DNA of 64,000 bases from an uncultured Chloroflexia bacterium (GCA_963712745.1 CAVQJC010000004.1:1-64000), one strand, 5' to 3'. Shown: positions 29,575-41,155, counted from the first letter of the stretch. Notes: a model not told the origin generated them from the letters alone. Translations and numbers: made by a program.

Positions 29575-31303
29575 CACGGACCGGTCCGCGCCCGCCTCCT
29601 CGCCCCTGAGCAGTGGCGCCGGCGGGGCGCGCGACCCGCAAGCCTTCGCCCGGCGCTGGGCACCGGCCGCCGCGCTGCTCGTGGCCGCGGGCGTGCTGGT
29701 GGTGGTGCCGCTGGCCGTCCTGCTGCGGACCGCGCTCGAAGAAGGCCTGCGCCCGATGCTCGACGCGGTCGCGTCCGCCGCTCCGGCCATCTCGGCCTCG
29801 GTCTGGACCAGCCTGGCCGCGACCGTCATCGCGGTGCTCATCGGGGTCACCATCGCCGTGCTCACCGAGCGGACCGATGTACCCGGCCGCCGGGCGCTGC
29901 GCCTGGCCATGCTGCTGGCCTTCATCGTGCCCGGCTACGTGGCCGCGCTGGGCTGGCTCAACGCCTATGGGCCCGGTGGCCTGCTCGACGACACGCTCGG
30001 CCTGGCTGCGCCGGCGCTGGTCGGCCCGCTCGGGGTCGTCATCGTGCTGGGTGTGGAGGCCGCCCCCATCGCCTACCTCCTGGTCGTGGCCGGGCTGGCC
30101 ACCCGCGCAGAGCCGGACCTCGAACGGGCCGCTCGCGTCTCGGGCGCAGGGCCGGTGGAGGCATTCCGCTCGGTGACGCTGCCGCTGCTGCGCCCGGTCA
30201 TCGCCGGAGCCGGCGCCATCGCCTTCGTCCTGAGCGTGACCTCGTTCGGCGTGCCGGCGGTGATGGGCCTGCCGGCGGGCTTCACGACCATGACCACGCG
30301 CATCTACCGGGACCTCGCCTTCTCCTCGGACCCGGCCTCATTCGCGCGGGCGGTCGGGCTGGCGGTGGTGCTGGCGGTGGGAGCCGCGCTCGTCATCGCG
30401 CTGGCCGACTGGATGCTGGAGCGACGGCGCTCCGATCGTTCCGGCGCCTTCGCGGGTCCGGTGGGACGGATCGGACGGCCGCCGGGCGGTCCGCTCGAGG
30501 AGGGTGGAGGCCGACGCGGCGTCCGCCCGCGTGCCCTGGCCGGCGGAGTGCTGGCCTGGGGCGTGGTCACGCTCACGGTGATCCTGCCCCTGATCGGCCT
30601 GCTGGTAACCGCGCTCACGCGGGCGCCCGGGCTGGCACCCGTGCCGGCCAACTGGTCGCTCGACAACTTCCGTGCGGTGCTCGACCCGCGCACGCTGGAG
30701 GCCGGCCTTAACAGCGCAGTGCTGGCGGCGGCAGCGGCGGTCGGGGTCATCCTCCTGGCCGGACTCGCCGTGCTCGCTCGCCGGGGCCGCCGGGCCGGAG
30801 TCACCGGCGGGCTGCTGAGCCTGACCTTCGCCTTGCCCGGCTCGACGCTGGCCGTAGCCGTGCTGCTGGCCTACGGGGTGGCCCTGCGCGACACGCTGCT
30901 CATCATCCTCGTGGCCTACCTGGCCAAGTTCTGGGCCCTCGGATATCGGCCGGTGGCGGCGGGCCTCGAAGGCATCCCGGCCGACTCCTATCGGGCCGCG
31001 CGCGTCTCCGGCGCCACCGCCTGGACCACGACTCGTACCATCGTGCTGCCGCTGCTGCGGCCGATGGTCATCGCCGGGGCACTCATCGTGTTCATGTTCG
31101 GGCTGCACGAGGTGACCATGTCGAGCCTGCTCTACGGTCCGGGGTCGGCCACACTGGCAGTCGTGGTCCTCAACCTGCAGCAATACGGCGACAACGGCAT
31201 GACGGCGGCGTTGGCGCTCATCCTGGCACTCATCGTGGCGCTGGCCGCGCTGCCGCTGGCGAGCCGTACCGGCGTGCTCGAGCGCGTCGGCTGGCGTCGA
31301 TGA
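29567..31303 (+). CDS. Iron(III)-type ABC permease (two EAA-like motifs)
   Basis: LERAARVSGA and YRAARVSGA, multiple TM helices. Confidence 0.88.
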   Translation: MTDTDRSAPASSPLSSGAGGARDPQAFARRWAPAAALLVAAGVLVVVPLAVLLRTALEEGLRPMLDAVASAAPAISASVWTSLAATVIAVLIGVTIAVLTERTDVPGRRALRLAMLLAFIVPGYVAALGWLNAYGPGGLLDDTLGLAAPALVGPLGVVIVLGVEAAPIAYLLVVAGLATRAEPDLERAARVSGAGPVEAFRSVTLPLLRPVIAGAGAIAFVLSVTSFGVPAVMGLPAGFTTMTTRIYRDLAFSSDPASFARAVGLAVVLAVGAALVIALADWMLERRRSDRSGAFAGPVGRIGRPPGGPLEEGGGRRGVRPRALAGGVLAWGVVTLTVILPLIGLLVTALTRAPGLAPVPANWSLDNFRAVLDPRTLEAGLNSAVLAAAAAVGVILLAGLAVLARRGRRAGVTGGLLSLTFALPGSTLAVAVLLAYGVALRDTLLIILVAYLAKFWALGYRPVAAGLEGIPADSYRAARVSGATAWTTTRTIVLPLLRPMVIAGALIVFMFGLHEVTMSSLLYGPGSATLAVVVLNLQQYGDNGMTAALALILALIVALAALPLASRTGVLERVGWRR

Positions 31304-32310
31304 CGGCGCCGCCCAGGGCGAGTGTGCCGTTCGCGCTCGACGCGACCGGCGTCAGTGTCGACTACGGCGCTACCCCGGCGGTCCGTGGCCTCGATGTGCA
31401 GGTCTCACGGGGCGAGACCGTGGCCCTGCTGGGACCGTCCGGCTCGGGCAAGACCACGCTGCTCTATGCCATCGCCGGGTTCCTGCCGCTATCCGGGGGC
31501 GAGGTCCGGCTCGAAGGGCGCCTCGTGGGCTCGGCCACGGTGAGCGTGCCCCCAGAGCAGCGTCCGGTGGCCATGGTCTTCCAGCACTATGGCCTGTGGC
31601 CGCACATGGACGCGCGGGAGACCGTGGCCTATCCCCTGAGACGCAGCGGGGTGTCGCGCTCGGAGGCTCGGGCCCGGGCCCACGAGCTGCTGGAGCAGAT
31701 GGGCATCGGCCACCTCGGCGGCCGGCGGCCCGCGGAGCTCTCGGGCGGCGAGCAGCAGCGTGTGGGCCTGGCCAGGGCGCTCGCCCGGCGCCCCGCGGTC
31801 TACCTGCTCGACGAGCCCACCGCCCATCTCGACACCGTGCTGAAGGCGGAGCTGCAGTCGGAGCTGGCGAGGCGCATGCATGCCGACGGCGCAGCGGCCA
31901 TCCATGCCACCCACGATGTGGAGGAGGCTCTGGCCGTGGCCGACCGGGTCGTGCTGCTGCGTGACGGCGGCGTGGTGCAGGTGGACCGACCCAGAGACGT
32001 CTACGCCCGGCCGGTCGATGAGTGGGCGGCACGTCTGACCGGTCCCGCCACCTTCATCGAGGGTACGGTCCAGGCGCAGGGAGCAGACGGGCCGGGACGC
32101 TACCTGGTCCGACCTGACTGGGTCCGCTTCGACGGGCCACTCGCCGCGACCGTCGATGACGTGCGCTATCGCGGCACGCACACCGACTACCGGCTGCGGA
32201 CCGACCTTGGTCCGCTCCTGCTGCGACAGCCGGGCCCGGCCCGGTTCGAGACCGGGGACGAGACGAGCTGCGTCATCGACCGCGTCTGGCGCATGCCCAC
32301 GCCTCGATGA
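31300..32310 (+). CDS. ABC ATP-binding protein (FbpC/PotA-like, TOBE domain)
   Basis: GPSGSGKT, MVFQHYGLWPHM, LSGGEQQR. Confidence 0.92.
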   Translation: MTAPPRASVPFALDATGVSVDYGATPAVRGLDVQVSRGETVALLGPSGSGKTTLLYAIAGFLPLSGGEVRLEGRLVGSATVSVPPEQRPVAMVFQHYGLWPHMDARETVAYPLRRSGVSRSEARARAHELLEQMGIGHLGGRRPAELSGGEQQRVGLARALARRPAVYLLDEPTAHLDTVLKAELQSELARRMHADGAAAIHATHDVEEALAVADRVVLLRDGGVVQVDRPRDVYARPVDEWAARLTGPATFIEGTVQAQGADGPGRYLVRPDWVRFDGPLAATVDDVRYRGTHTDYRLRTDLGPLLLRQPGPARFETGDETSCVIDRVWRMPTPR

Positions 32311-32344
32311 GAGAGCGTGACGCCTATCCTGTAGCGAGACCACG

Positions 32345-33065
32345 ATGACACGCGAATCGACCGAGATCTCCGCCGCCGAACAGGCCTATCTGCTGGCCAT
32401 CCGCCAGTCCCGCGGGGGTCAGCGCCTGTGCCGCAGCCGACCTCGCGCGTCGGATGCGCGTGTCGCCCCAGGCCACGAGCGAGATGCTGCGCCGGCTTTC
32501 GAGCGGGGGCCTGGTGACCATCGGCGAGGGGCGCGACGTGGAGCTGAGCTCACGCGGCAGTGCGGAGGCGGACGCCATCTATCGTCGTCACGCACTGGCC
32601 GAGTGGTTGCTCAGCTCGGTCCTGGGCATCCCCTGGGCGGAGACCGATCCGGAGGCCATCCGGCTGCAGTCGCACATCTCGCCACGCGTGGAGGCGGCGC
32701 TCGATGAGCTCCTGGGCCACCCCGAGATCTGTCCGCACGGCAACCCCATCGACGAGGCCACCGCCAACCGGCGGCCAGCCGGCGTGCCGCTGAGCGACGT
32801 CGAGTCGGGTGCCCAGGTCACGATCTACCGCATCACCGAAGCCGCCGAGGACGACAGCGGGCTGGTCTCGTACCTGGAGGCCCGGGGCCTGCGGCCCGGT
32901 GCCCACGTGACCATCCTGGCCCGCTCGGAGTCCACCGATTCGCTGACCCTCGAAGGTCCCCTGGGACGTGCCACGCTGGGCCTTCGTCCGGCCAGCCTCA
33001 TCCGCGTGCTGTCGGGCGACCCGGATCCGGCCCTGTTCCACCAGGTGCCCGCGCGCGGCGCTTGA
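32345..33065 (+). pseudogene. DtxR/MntR-family metal-dependent repressor with FeoA domain, frameshift near 32410
   Basis: EQAYLLAI in one frame; [21 protein letters not shown] and CPHGNPI in another. Confidence 0.85.
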
Positions 33066-33120
33066 GCCCCCCGCTCGCACTCTTGAGCCCCCCACCCACA
33101 CTGACGAAGGAGTCGACCGC

Positions 33121-34155
33121 ATGCTGGTCGTGATGTCGGTCGGAGCGACCGAGGAACAGATCGCAGAGGTCCGTCGGCACATCGACGCCGATGGCATGAC
33201 GCCGCACGAAAGCCGCGGCGAGCAGCGCGTGATCATCGGAGTCGTCGGCGACGTGGGGCCACGCAAGGAACAGGTGATGAACCACCTCGCGTCGTTGCCT
33301 GGGGTGGATTCGGTCACACCCATCAGCAAGCCCTTCAAGCTCTCCTCGCGCGACTTCCATGCGGAGGATACCGTCATCAGGGTCGGCGACACCACCATCG
33401 GCGGAGGTTCGCTGACGGTCATAGCCGGGCCCTGTGCCATCGAGAGCCGGGACCAGCTGCTGCGCACCGCCGACGCGGTGGCAGAGGCAGGCGCCACCAT
33501 CCTGCGCGGCGGTGCCTTCAAGCCGCGCACGAGCCCGTACAGCTTCCAGGGCCTGGGCATGGACGGTGTGCGCTTCCTGACCGAGGCCCGGGAGCGGACC
33601 GGGCTGCCCGTCGTCACCGAGGTCATGGAGCCCGGACAGGTCGAGCAGGTCGCGCTGCACGCGGACATCATCCAGATCGGTGCGCGCAACATGCAGAACT
33701 TCCCGCTGCTGATGGCGGCCGGCCGGGTGCAGCGGCCGGTCATGCTCAAGCGCGGCATCTCCGCCACCATCGAGGAGTGGCTGATGGCGGCCGAGTACAT
33801 CGTCAGCTCGGGCAACCCGCAGGTCATCCTCTGCGAACGCGGCATCCGCACCTTCGAGACCTACACTCGCAACACGCTCGACCTCACGGCTGTGCCGCTG
33901 CTGCACAAGCTCACCCACCTGCCGGTCATCGTCGATCCCTCCCACGCCACGGGCAAGCGCTGGCTGGTGCCGCCCATGGCGGTGGCAGCGGTGGCCGGCG
34001 GTGCGGACGGCATCATGGTCGAGGTGCATCCGCAGCCGGACGACGCCCTGTCCGACGGGGAGCAGTCGCTCACCCTGGAGATGTTCGCGGAGATGGCGCC
34101 GGTGCTGCGCACGGTGCACGACCAGGCGGCCGCACTGGTCATGCGCGACCTGTAG
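33121..34155 (+). CDS. aroF: 3-deoxy-7-phosphoheptulonate (DAHP) synthase, type I-beta
   Basis: [39 protein letters not shown]. Confidence 0.96.
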   Translation: MLVVMSVGATEEQIAEVRRHIDADGMTPHESRGEQRVIIGVVGDVGPRKEQVMNHLASLPGVDSVTPISKPFKLSSRDFHAEDTVIRVGDTTIGGGSLTVIAGPCAIESRDQLLRTADAVAEAGATILRGGAFKPRTSPYSFQGLGMDGVRFLTEARERTGLPVVTEVMEPGQVEQVALHADIIQIGARNMQNFPLLMAAGRVQRPVMLKRGISATIEEWLMAAEYIVSSGNPQVILCERGIRTFETYTRNTLDLTAVPLLHKLTHLPVIVDPSHATGKRWLVPPMAVAAVAGGADGIMVEVHPQPDDALSDGEQSLTLEMFAEMAPVLRTVHDQAAALVMRDL

Positions 34156-34218
34156 CTCTCCGGCCCGACTGACCAACTCGCGCGGCCTCCGCGCGCAGAC
34201 GCGCGCAGGCCGGCGGCG

Positions 34219-35181
34219 CTAGTGGCCGCGCTCGCCCCTGACGTACGCGGTGCCCAGTGCGGCCGGCGCTCCGATGCGCTTGCGGTTGGCCTCACGCGCG
34301 GCCACGATGAGCACGAGGATGACCATGGCGTAGGGCAGCATGCCCAGGAAGAATGTCGACGGCTGGTACTCGTAGAAGATGTTGGGGATGCCGAAGAAGT
34401 CCTTGGGGCCCTGCAGGTCGAGCGCAAGCCGGAAGATGAAGGCCACCATGTAGGCCCCGAAGGCAGTGCGACCCGGACGCCACTGGCCGAAGATGACGAG
34501 GGCCACGGCGATCCAGCCCTGGACGACGAACGTCTTGTCGGCGTGCCACCCCGGCGCCAGCGACATGGTCATGAAGGCCCCCGCCAGGCCGGCCAGCGCG
34601 CCGCCGAGCATGACGTACACATAGCGCTGGCGGTAGACGTTGACGCCAAGGGCGTCAGCCGCGCTGGGCTGCTCGCCCACTGCGCGCAGGTGCAGGCCGG
34701 GACGGGTGCGGAAGATCCAGACCGAGGTCAGCGGCACCAGCAGGTAGCCCACGTAGACCAGGATGGAGTGGTCGGCGAAGAAGACCGGGCCGATGAAGGG
34801 GATGGCCGAGAGCAGTGGGATGCTCAGCACCGGCAGGAGGGGCGCACTGCCCGAGGGCAGCCCTTCACCCAGGACCAGGGCCAATCCGGTGCCCAGGAAC
34901 GTCAGCGCCAGACCGGACACGATCTGGTTCGCTTGCAGGTGGATGGTCACGATGCCGTGCAGGCCGGCCAGCGCGGCGCCGGCGACCATGGCCAACAGGA
35001 CGCCCAGCCAGGGATCGACCTCATAGCCGATCCAGAAGCCGATCACCGCACCCATGAACATCATGCCCTGCACGCCGAGGTTGAGGACCCCCGCGCGTTC
35101 GGCGAAGAGTTCGCCGATGGCGGCGAGCAGGAACAGGGTGCCGCCGGCGATGCCGGCGTAGAGGGCGAGCTCGAGATTCAT
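34219..35181 (-). CDS. Nucleoside/sugar ABC permease
   Basis: [26 protein letters not shown]. Confidence 0.92.
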   Translation of the reverse strand: MNLELALYAGIAGGTLFLLAAIGELFAERAGVLNLGVQGMMFMGAVIGFWIGYEVDPWLGVLLAMVAGAALAGLHGIVTIHLQANQIVSGLALTFLGTGLALVLGEGLPSGSAPLLPVLSIPLLSAIPFIGPVFFADHSILVYVGYLLVPLTSVWIFRTRPGLHLRAVGEQPSAADALGVNVYRQRYVYVMLGGALAGLAGAFMTMSLAPGWHADKTFVVQGWIAVALVIFGQWRPGRTAFGAYMVAFIFRLALDLQGPKDFFGIPNIFYEYQPSTFFLGMLPYAMVILVLIVAAREANRKRIGAPAALGTAYVRGERGH

Positions 35182-36290
35182 CGTCGGACCACTCGCACGC
35201 GGTAGCGCAGGAAGACGTCGCTGGTGATGACGCAGAACAGGACCACGCCCTGGATCATGGCTGGGATGCCTGCCGGCTGGATCTCACGACCGGCCAGGAT
35301 GAGCGCGCCGAAGGCGATGGCCGCGAAGATCACCCCGATGGGGTTGAAGCGCGCCAGGAAGGCCACGATGATGCCGGTGAAGCCGTAGCCGGGCGAGAAG
35401 TTGTCCTGCAGCCGATGTACGACGCCACTGATCTCCGCCGCCCCGGCCAGTCCGGCCAGGCCGCCGGAGATGAGCATGACCAGGATGATGGTGCGTCCGA
35501 TGTCGATGCCCGCGTACTTGGCTGCCCGCGGGTTGTCGCCGATGAGCCGGATCTCGTAGCCCTTGCGCGTGCGGTTCAGGAAGGCCCATAGCAGGAGCGC
35601 AGCCACCACCGCCAGCACGAAGCCGAGGTGGACGGTCAGACCGGCGAAGTCGTCGACCAGGTCGCTGTGGTCGGTCAGGCGCGGTAGCCAGGCTTCACGC
35701 GGGAAGCGGGGTGACATCTGGAAGCCACCATCGCTCCAGGGGCCAAAGACCCAGAACTTGATCCACTCGATGCTGATGTAGACCAGCATCAGCGTGGTGA
35801 TGATCTCGTTGACGTTCAGCCGCGCCCGGAGCCAGCCGGCGATACCTGCCCAGGCGGCCCCGAGTGCGATGCCGGCCAGCATCATCAGCGGCAGGAAGAT
35901 GAAGCTGGGCGTGCCCTCTGGCAGCCAGCCCACCAGCACGATGGCGCTGGCACCCCAGGCGCCCATCATCAGCTGGCCTTCGGCACCGATGTTCCACAGG
36001 CGCATACGGAAGGCGACTGCGCAGGCCAACCCGGTGAAGATGAGCGGGGTGGCCTTGACCAGCGTGTCCGAGAGCACCCCTACGCTGCCGAGGGAGGAGC
36101 GCACGATGTGGGCGTAGGCGTCGAGCGGGTCGCCGCCGATGAGCCAGATGATCACGGCCGAGATGAGCAGGGCTACGATGAAGGCACCGATGGTCGTGGC
36201 CACGCCCAGGCCTCGCGGCGTCTCCAGCCGCCGCTCCATCTGGAGCGTGAACGGGATCAGGTGACGCCGGCTGGGGTTGGCCGCGCTCAT
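35178..36290 (-). CDS. Nucleoside/sugar ABC permease
   Basis: WNIGAEGQ, NEIITTLML, GYGFTGI. Confidence 0.92.
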   Translation of the reverse strand: MSAANPSRRHLIPFTLQMERRLETPRGLGVATTIGAFIVALLISAVIIWLIGGDPLDAYAHIVRSSLGSVGVLSDTLVKATPLIFTGLACAVAFRMRLWNIGAEGQLMMGAWGASAIVLVGWLPEGTPSFIFLPLMMLAGIALGAAWAGIAGWLRARLNVNEIITTLMLVYISIEWIKFWVFGPWSDGGFQMSPRFPREAWLPRLTDHSDLVDDFAGLTVHLGFVLAVVAALLLWAFLNRTRKGYEIRLIGDNPRAAKYAGIDIGRTIILVMLISGGLAGLAGAAEISGVVHRLQDNFSPGYGFTGIIVAFLARFNPIGVIFAAIAFGALILAGREIQPAGIPAMIQGVVLFCVITSDVFLRYRVRVVRR

Positions 36291-37843
36291 GGCCGGGGTG
36301 CCGGTTCCACGGCTGCATCGGCCATCGAGCCGGTCATCATCAGGCCCAGTTGCTCGACCTTGGCCTCGCCGGCCGGGATGGAAGCGCTGATGTGACCTTC
36401 GTAGATGACCGCTACCCGGTCCGCCAGCATCAGGATCTCGTCGAGGTCCTCGCTGATGAGCAGCACGGCCATCCCGGCCTCGCGCTGCTTGAGCAGCAGC
36501 TTGTGCACGGTCTCGATGGCGCCGACATCAAGGCCACGCGTCGGCTGGACCGCCACCATCAGGCCTGGCTCGGAGCTGATCTCACGGGCCAGGATGAGTC
36601 GTTGCAGGTTGCCGCCCGACAGCAGCCGGGCCTCCGTGTCGATCGACGGCGCGGAGACCTCGTAGGCGTCCTTCAAGCCTTGCGCCTGGACCCGCGCCTC
36701 GCTGCTGTCGAGCGACCAGCCGTGCCCGATGGGCGCGTTGCGGTACGACTTCATGATGAGGTTGTCGGTCAGCGACAGGTTCGGGGCGGAGCCGGTGCCG
36801 GTGCGGTCCTCCGGCACGTGGGCCACGCCGGCGTCGATGGCCTCCAGCACCGGGCGATTAGCCAGCTCCTTGCCATTGACCACGATCGAACCGGTGCACT
36901 CCCGCAGCCCGGTGATGACCTCGGCCAGCTCTGATTGGCCATTGCCGGCAACCCCGGCGAGGCCGATGATCTGGCCTGAACGGATGCGCAAGTCCACACC
37001 GTCAAGGGCGGTGAGGCCCCGATCGCTGATGGCGCTGACGCCCCGCATCTCGAGCACGATCTCGCCCTGGGGTACGGCGGCCTTGTCGAGGCTCTCGAGG
37101 ACTTCCCGGCCGACCATCAGCTGGGCCAGGTCGCGCTTGGTCTTGCCGGCGGCGGGCACTCCCGCGGCGGTGACGACGCCGCGACGCATGACGGTCACGC
37201 GGTCGGCGATGGTCAGGACCTCGTCGAGCTTGTGGCTGATGTAGACGATCGAGGCGCCGGCCTTGGTCATCCGTCGCAACGTGCCGAAGAGTTCGTCGAT
37301 CTCCTGCGGCGCGAGGACGGCTGTCGGCTCGTCCATGATGAGGATGTTGGCGCCGCGGTAGAGCATCTTGAGGATCTCTACGCGCTGTTGTTCGCCAACG
37401 GACAGCTGCCAGACCTTGGCTGAGGGGTCGACCGCCAGGCCGCTCTCTTCGGCCAGAGCCCCTACCTTGGCCTCAAATCGAGGCATGTCCAGCCAGAAGC
37501 GCGGCTCGTCGAGGCCGAGCAGGATGTTCTCGGTGACGGTCAGCGAATCCACCAGCGTGAAGTGCTGGTGGACCATGCCCAGGCCGACCTCGATGGCGTC
37601 ACGCGGGGAATGGAACTCGACGGCCTCGCCGCGCACGTCGATGATGCCCTCATCGGCCTGGTAGAGGCCGGCGAGGATGTTCATTAGAGTGGACTTGCCG
37701 GCGCCGTTCTCGCCGAGGAGGGCATGGACCTCCCCGACGCGCAGATCGAAATCGACGCGGTCGTTGGCGACCACGCCGGGGAATCGCTTGACGATCCCTC
37801 GCATCGCGACTGCGAGAGCGGTGTCGGTCATTCGGGTAGGCAT
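36287..37843 (-). CDS. Nucleoside/sugar ABC ATP-binding protein (tandem domains)
   Basis: GENGAGKSTL, GMVHQHF, LSGGNLQR, QPTRGLD. Confidence 0.95.
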   Translation of the reverse strand: MPTRMTDTALAVAMRGIVKRFPGVVANDRVDFDLRVGEVHALLGENGAGKSTLMNILAGLYQADEGIIDVRGEAVEFHSPRDAIEVGLGMVHQHFTLVDSLTVTENILLGLDEPRFWLDMPRFEAKVGALAEESGLAVDPSAKVWQLSVGEQQRVEILKMLYRGANILIMDEPTAVLAPQEIDELFGTLRRMTKAGASIVYISHKLDEVLTIADRVTVMRRGVVTAAGVPAAGKTKRDLAQLMVGREVLESLDKAAVPQGEIVLEMRGVSAISDRGLTALDGVDLRIRSGQIIGLAGVAGNGQSELAEVITGLRECTGSIVVNGKELANRPVLEAIDAGVAHVPEDRTGTGSAPNLSLTDNLIMKSYRNAPIGHGWSLDSSEARVQAQGLKDAYEVSAPSIDTEARLLSGGNLQRLILAREISSEPGLMVAVQPTRGLDVGAIETVHKLLLKQREAGMAVLLISEDLDEILMLADRVAVIYEGHISASIPAGEAKVEQLGLMMTGSMADAAVEPAPRP

Positions 37844-37845
37844 GG

Positions 37846-37875
37846 AACCTCGAGGGCCTGAAGACCCCCGAGGTT
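37846..37875 (-). promoter_or_regulatory. Intercistronic stem-loop after the BMP gene
   Basis: aacctcgaggg ... cccccgaggtt; typical position for an mRNA-stabilising or attenuating hairpin. Confidence 0.55.
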
Positions 37876-37893
37876 GCCGTGTATTCCGGTCTG

Positions 37894-39138
37894 CTAGTTC
37901 TCGGGGGGAGCGGCGTTGACTCCCTCAGCCCACCAGTTCATGCACGTCTCGCACACCGCGCCAGTGAAGTAGCTGAACGCGTCGAGGTCTTCCTGCATGA
38001 GGGACTCGCCCTCCTCGAGGACCACGTTGCCCTGGTTGTCCATGATCGGGCCGGAGAAGACGTCGAAACGGTCGATGTCGCCGGCCAGCATGGCGGCCAG
38101 GGTGTCCTTCACCAGCTGGACGTCCTCTTCGGGAAGGTCGGCGATGCCGGGCTGCGGCTCCTCGCCGTCCATGAAGCCGTAGAGGCCCATACCACCGGAG
38201 TCGGCGTCGAAGTACACAGATCCGGGGACGTATGTGCCGGCCCGGATCTCCTCGGCGATGCGAGTGTATTCGGGGCCCCACAGCCAATAAGGGGCCGTCA
38301 GGCAGGCTGGGCTCGTGCACGAGCCGGCCCAGTCATAGGTGATGCCCCACTTGTCGCCGAGCTCTTCTGCCACTGCTGCCGGCGCGGGCGTGTCGGCGCC
38401 GGTGAAGACGACCTGGGCGCCGGCATCGAAGAGGGAGGCCGCTCCATCACGCTCGACCTGGGGGTCGTGCCAGGTGTTGATCCAGCGTACGTCCATGGTG
38501 CACTCGGGACAGGTCTGCCGTGCGCCGAGCATGAACGCGTTCCCCAGGCGCAGCTCTTCGGGGATGGGGAAGGTCGCGATGTACCCGAGCTTGGGGTTGC
38601 CGTCGACCTTGGCGCGCGACCCGGCGAGCATGCCGGAGAGGTACTTGAAGTCCTCCATGGCGCCCATGATGTTGCCGAAGTTCTGGTCGTTCGACATGAA
38701 GCCGGACACGTGAAGGAACTGCTGGTTGGGGAATTCCTCGGCGACCGCAGACATCGAATCCATGTAGCCGAAGGAGGTGCCGATGATGTAGTCGAAGCCC
38801 TTGCGGGCGAGGCTGCGGAACGCCTGCTCGGCGTCGGAGCCCTCGGCCACGTTCTCCACGTAGGCCACATGGACGCCGTCCATGTTCTCGCACATGTACT
38901 GCAGGCCCTCGAAGTGGGCCTGGCTCCAGCCGCCATCGTTGTGGGGGCCGATGAGGACCATGGCGATGTTGAACGCGCCCTCCATGGTCTCAGGTAGCTG
39001 TACGCCGCCGGAGATGGCGGAACAGTCCGTCTCTTCCTGTGCTGCGACGAGTGGGGCTCCGCTGACCCCGATAGCGCTCGCCAACAGCGCGCCCGCAAGG
39101 GTCACGCGTGCGAGCTTCGCCCACGGCTGCATGCTCAT
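37894..39138 (-). CDS. BMP family ABC substrate-binding protein (nucleoside/purine)
   Basis: GPHNDGGWSQAH, IIGTSFGYMD, YDW; RBS AGGAGG. Confidence 0.93.
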   Translation of the reverse strand: MSMQPWAKLARVTLAGALLASAIGVSGAPLVAAQEETDCSAISGGVQLPETMEGAFNIAMVLIGPHNDGGWSQAHFEGLQYMCENMDGVHVAYVENVAEGSDAEQAFRSLARKGFDYIIGTSFGYMDSMSAVAEEFPNQQFLHVSGFMSNDQNFGNIMGAMEDFKYLSGMLAGSRAKVDGNPKLGYIATFPIPEELRLGNAFMLGARQTCPECTMDVRWINTWHDPQVERDGAASLFDAGAQVVFTGADTPAPAAVAEELGDKWGITYDWAGSCTSPACLTAPYWLWGPEYTRIAEEIRAGTYVPGSVYFDADSGGMGLYGFMDGEEPQPGIADLPEEDVQLVKDTLAAMLAGDIDRFDVFSGPIMDNQGNVVLEEGESLMQEDLDAFSYFTGAVCETCMNWWAEGVNAAPPEN

Positions 39139-39517
39139 CCGATAGGTCCCTCCTGGTGCATCCGCCGGGAGACCGATTAGCCCGCCCCCGGTCAACCCGA
39201 CGATACGCTACACGGCAACCCGAATCAGGGCCGTTTAGGCAACACTCGGGCACCCATTCGGCACCAAGAGGGCTACCCGGCCGGCCGATCCCAGCGTGGG
39301 CGGCGGCGATACCGGCGGTGAGCCCCGCCGGTGCGCGGCCCGCGTCGGCGCGCGGCGCTCACCAGCGCGCGGCGGGTGTCGGCGCGGGGCATACTCCGTG
39401 CGTCGCCCCTGGGCTTGCGCCAACGCGACCTGGACACGGTTTGTAACAACGGGGAAGCGGCGGCCCCCACGATGGCCCCGCCGTCACCCGCTGACCACCC
39501 TCAAGGAGGAGACCTAC

Positions 39518-41155
39518 GTGGCCACGAGCGAACATGCCGGACAGCCCGCGGAACCGTCGATGCTGGTCGATCTCGACACGCTCACGGCTGCCTACTACCA
39601 ACGGACCCCCGATCCGGGCGAGCTCACGCAGCGAGTGGCCTTCGGGACCTCCGGCCACCGCGGCTCGTCGCTCACGACGTCGTTCAACGAGGCCCATATC
39701 GTGGCCACTACCGCGGCCATCTGCGCGTTCCGCCGCGAGAAGGGGTTCACGGGGCCGCTGTTCATGGGCCGTGACACCCACGCCCTGAGTGAGCCGGCCT
39801 TCCTGACGGCGCTGGAGGTGCTGGTGGCCGATGGCGTGGACGTGCGCATCGACAGCGCCGACGGCTACACGCCGACGCCCGGCGTGTCCCACGCCATCCT
39901 GACCTGGAACCGGGAGCACCGCGACGCGCTCGCCGACGGCATCGTGGTCACGCCCTCGCACAACCCGCCTGCGGACGGCGGCTTCAAGTACAACCCGCCC
40001 AGTGGGGGCCCTGCCGACGCGGACATGACGCGGGCCATCCAGGACGCTGCCAATGCGCTCCTCAGCGAGGGCCTCGATCGGGTCGCGCGAGTGCCGGCTC
40101 CGCGAGCCAAGGCCGCAGCCACCGGCTACGACTTCATGGGCAGCTATGTGGCCAGCCTTGATGATGTCATCGACATGGACGTCATCGCGGCCTCCAGCCT
40201 GCGCATCGGGGTCGATCCCCTGGGCGGTGCCGCGGTCGCGTACTGGGGCACGATCGCCGACGTTCACGGCATCGACCTGATTATCACCAACGAGACCGTC
40301 GACCCCCGCTTCGCATTCATGACCCGGGACTGGGACGGGAAGATCCGGATGGACCCTTCCTCGCCCTTCGCCATGGCCCGCCTCATCGGGCTGCGCTCCG
40401 AGTTCGACCTGGCCCTGGGCAACGACGCGGATGCCGACCGCTTCGGCGTGGTCACGCCTGGTGCTGGGTTGCTCAACCCCAACCACTATCTCGCGGCCGC
40501 GGCCTCCTACCTCTTCGGTGGGGCCCGGGATTGGGGCTTGGACGCCGCCATCGGCAAGACGCTGGTGTCGTCCAGCATGCAGGACCGCATCGCGGCCTCG
40601 CTGGGCCGGCCGCTGTACGAGGTGCCGGTCGGCTTCAAGTGGTTCGTGGACGGGCTGCTCGATGGAACGGTCGCGTTCGGAGGGGAGGAGAGTGCGGGCA
40701 TGTCCTTCCTCCGCCGCGACGGCCTGCCCTGGTCCACCGACAAGGACGGCATCATCGCCTGCCTCCTGGCCGCCGAGATGACGGCCAGGGCCGGCCGCGA
40801 TCCGGGCGAGTCGTACGCAGCACTGACAGAGCGCTTCGGGGCGCCCGTGTACAAGCGCATCGACGCCCCCGCCACGCCGGAGCAGAAGGCCGCGCTGGGA
40901 GCGCTCTCGCCTGGGGCCGTGACCGCCACCGAGCTGGCCGGGGAGCCGGTCACGGCCAAGCTGACCGCGGCCCCGGGCAACGGCGCCGCCATCGGAGGCC
41001 TCAAGGTCGTCACCGAGCAAGGCTGGTTCGCAGCCCGTCCATCGGGCACGGAGAACGTGACCAAGCTCTATGCCGAGTCCTTTGTCGACGAGGCACACCT
41101 GGAGCGCATCATCGAGGAGGCGAGGGCCATCATCGAGGCGGCCCTCGACAGCTGA
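39518..41155 (+). CDS. pgm: Phosphoglucomutase (alpha-D-glucose phosphate-specific)
   Basis: FGTSGHRGSS, TPSHNPP, DADADR, GGEESAG. Confidence 0.96.
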   Translation: MATSEHAGQPAEPSMLVDLDTLTAAYYQRTPDPGELTQRVAFGTSGHRGSSLTTSFNEAHIVATTAAICAFRREKGFTGPLFMGRDTHALSEPAFLTALEVLVADGVDVRIDSADGYTPTPGVSHAILTWNREHRDALADGIVVTPSHNPPADGGFKYNPPSGGPADADMTRAIQDAANALLSEGLDRVARVPAPRAKAAATGYDFMGSYVASLDDVIDMDVIAASSLRIGVDPLGGAAVAYWGTIADVHGIDLIITNETVDPRFAFMTRDWDGKIRMDPSSPFAMARLIGLRSEFDLALGNDADADRFGVVTPGAGLLNPNHYLAAAASYLFGGARDWGLDAAIGKTLVSSSMQDRIAASLGRPLYEVPVGFKWFVDGLLDGTVAFGGEESAGMSFLRRDGLPWSTDKDGIIACLLAAEMTARAGRDPGESYAALTERFGAPVYKRIDAPATPEQKAALGALSPGAVTATELAGEPVTAKLTAAPGNGAAIGGLKVVTEQGWFAARPSGTENVTKLYAESFVDEAHLERIIEEARAIIEAALDS

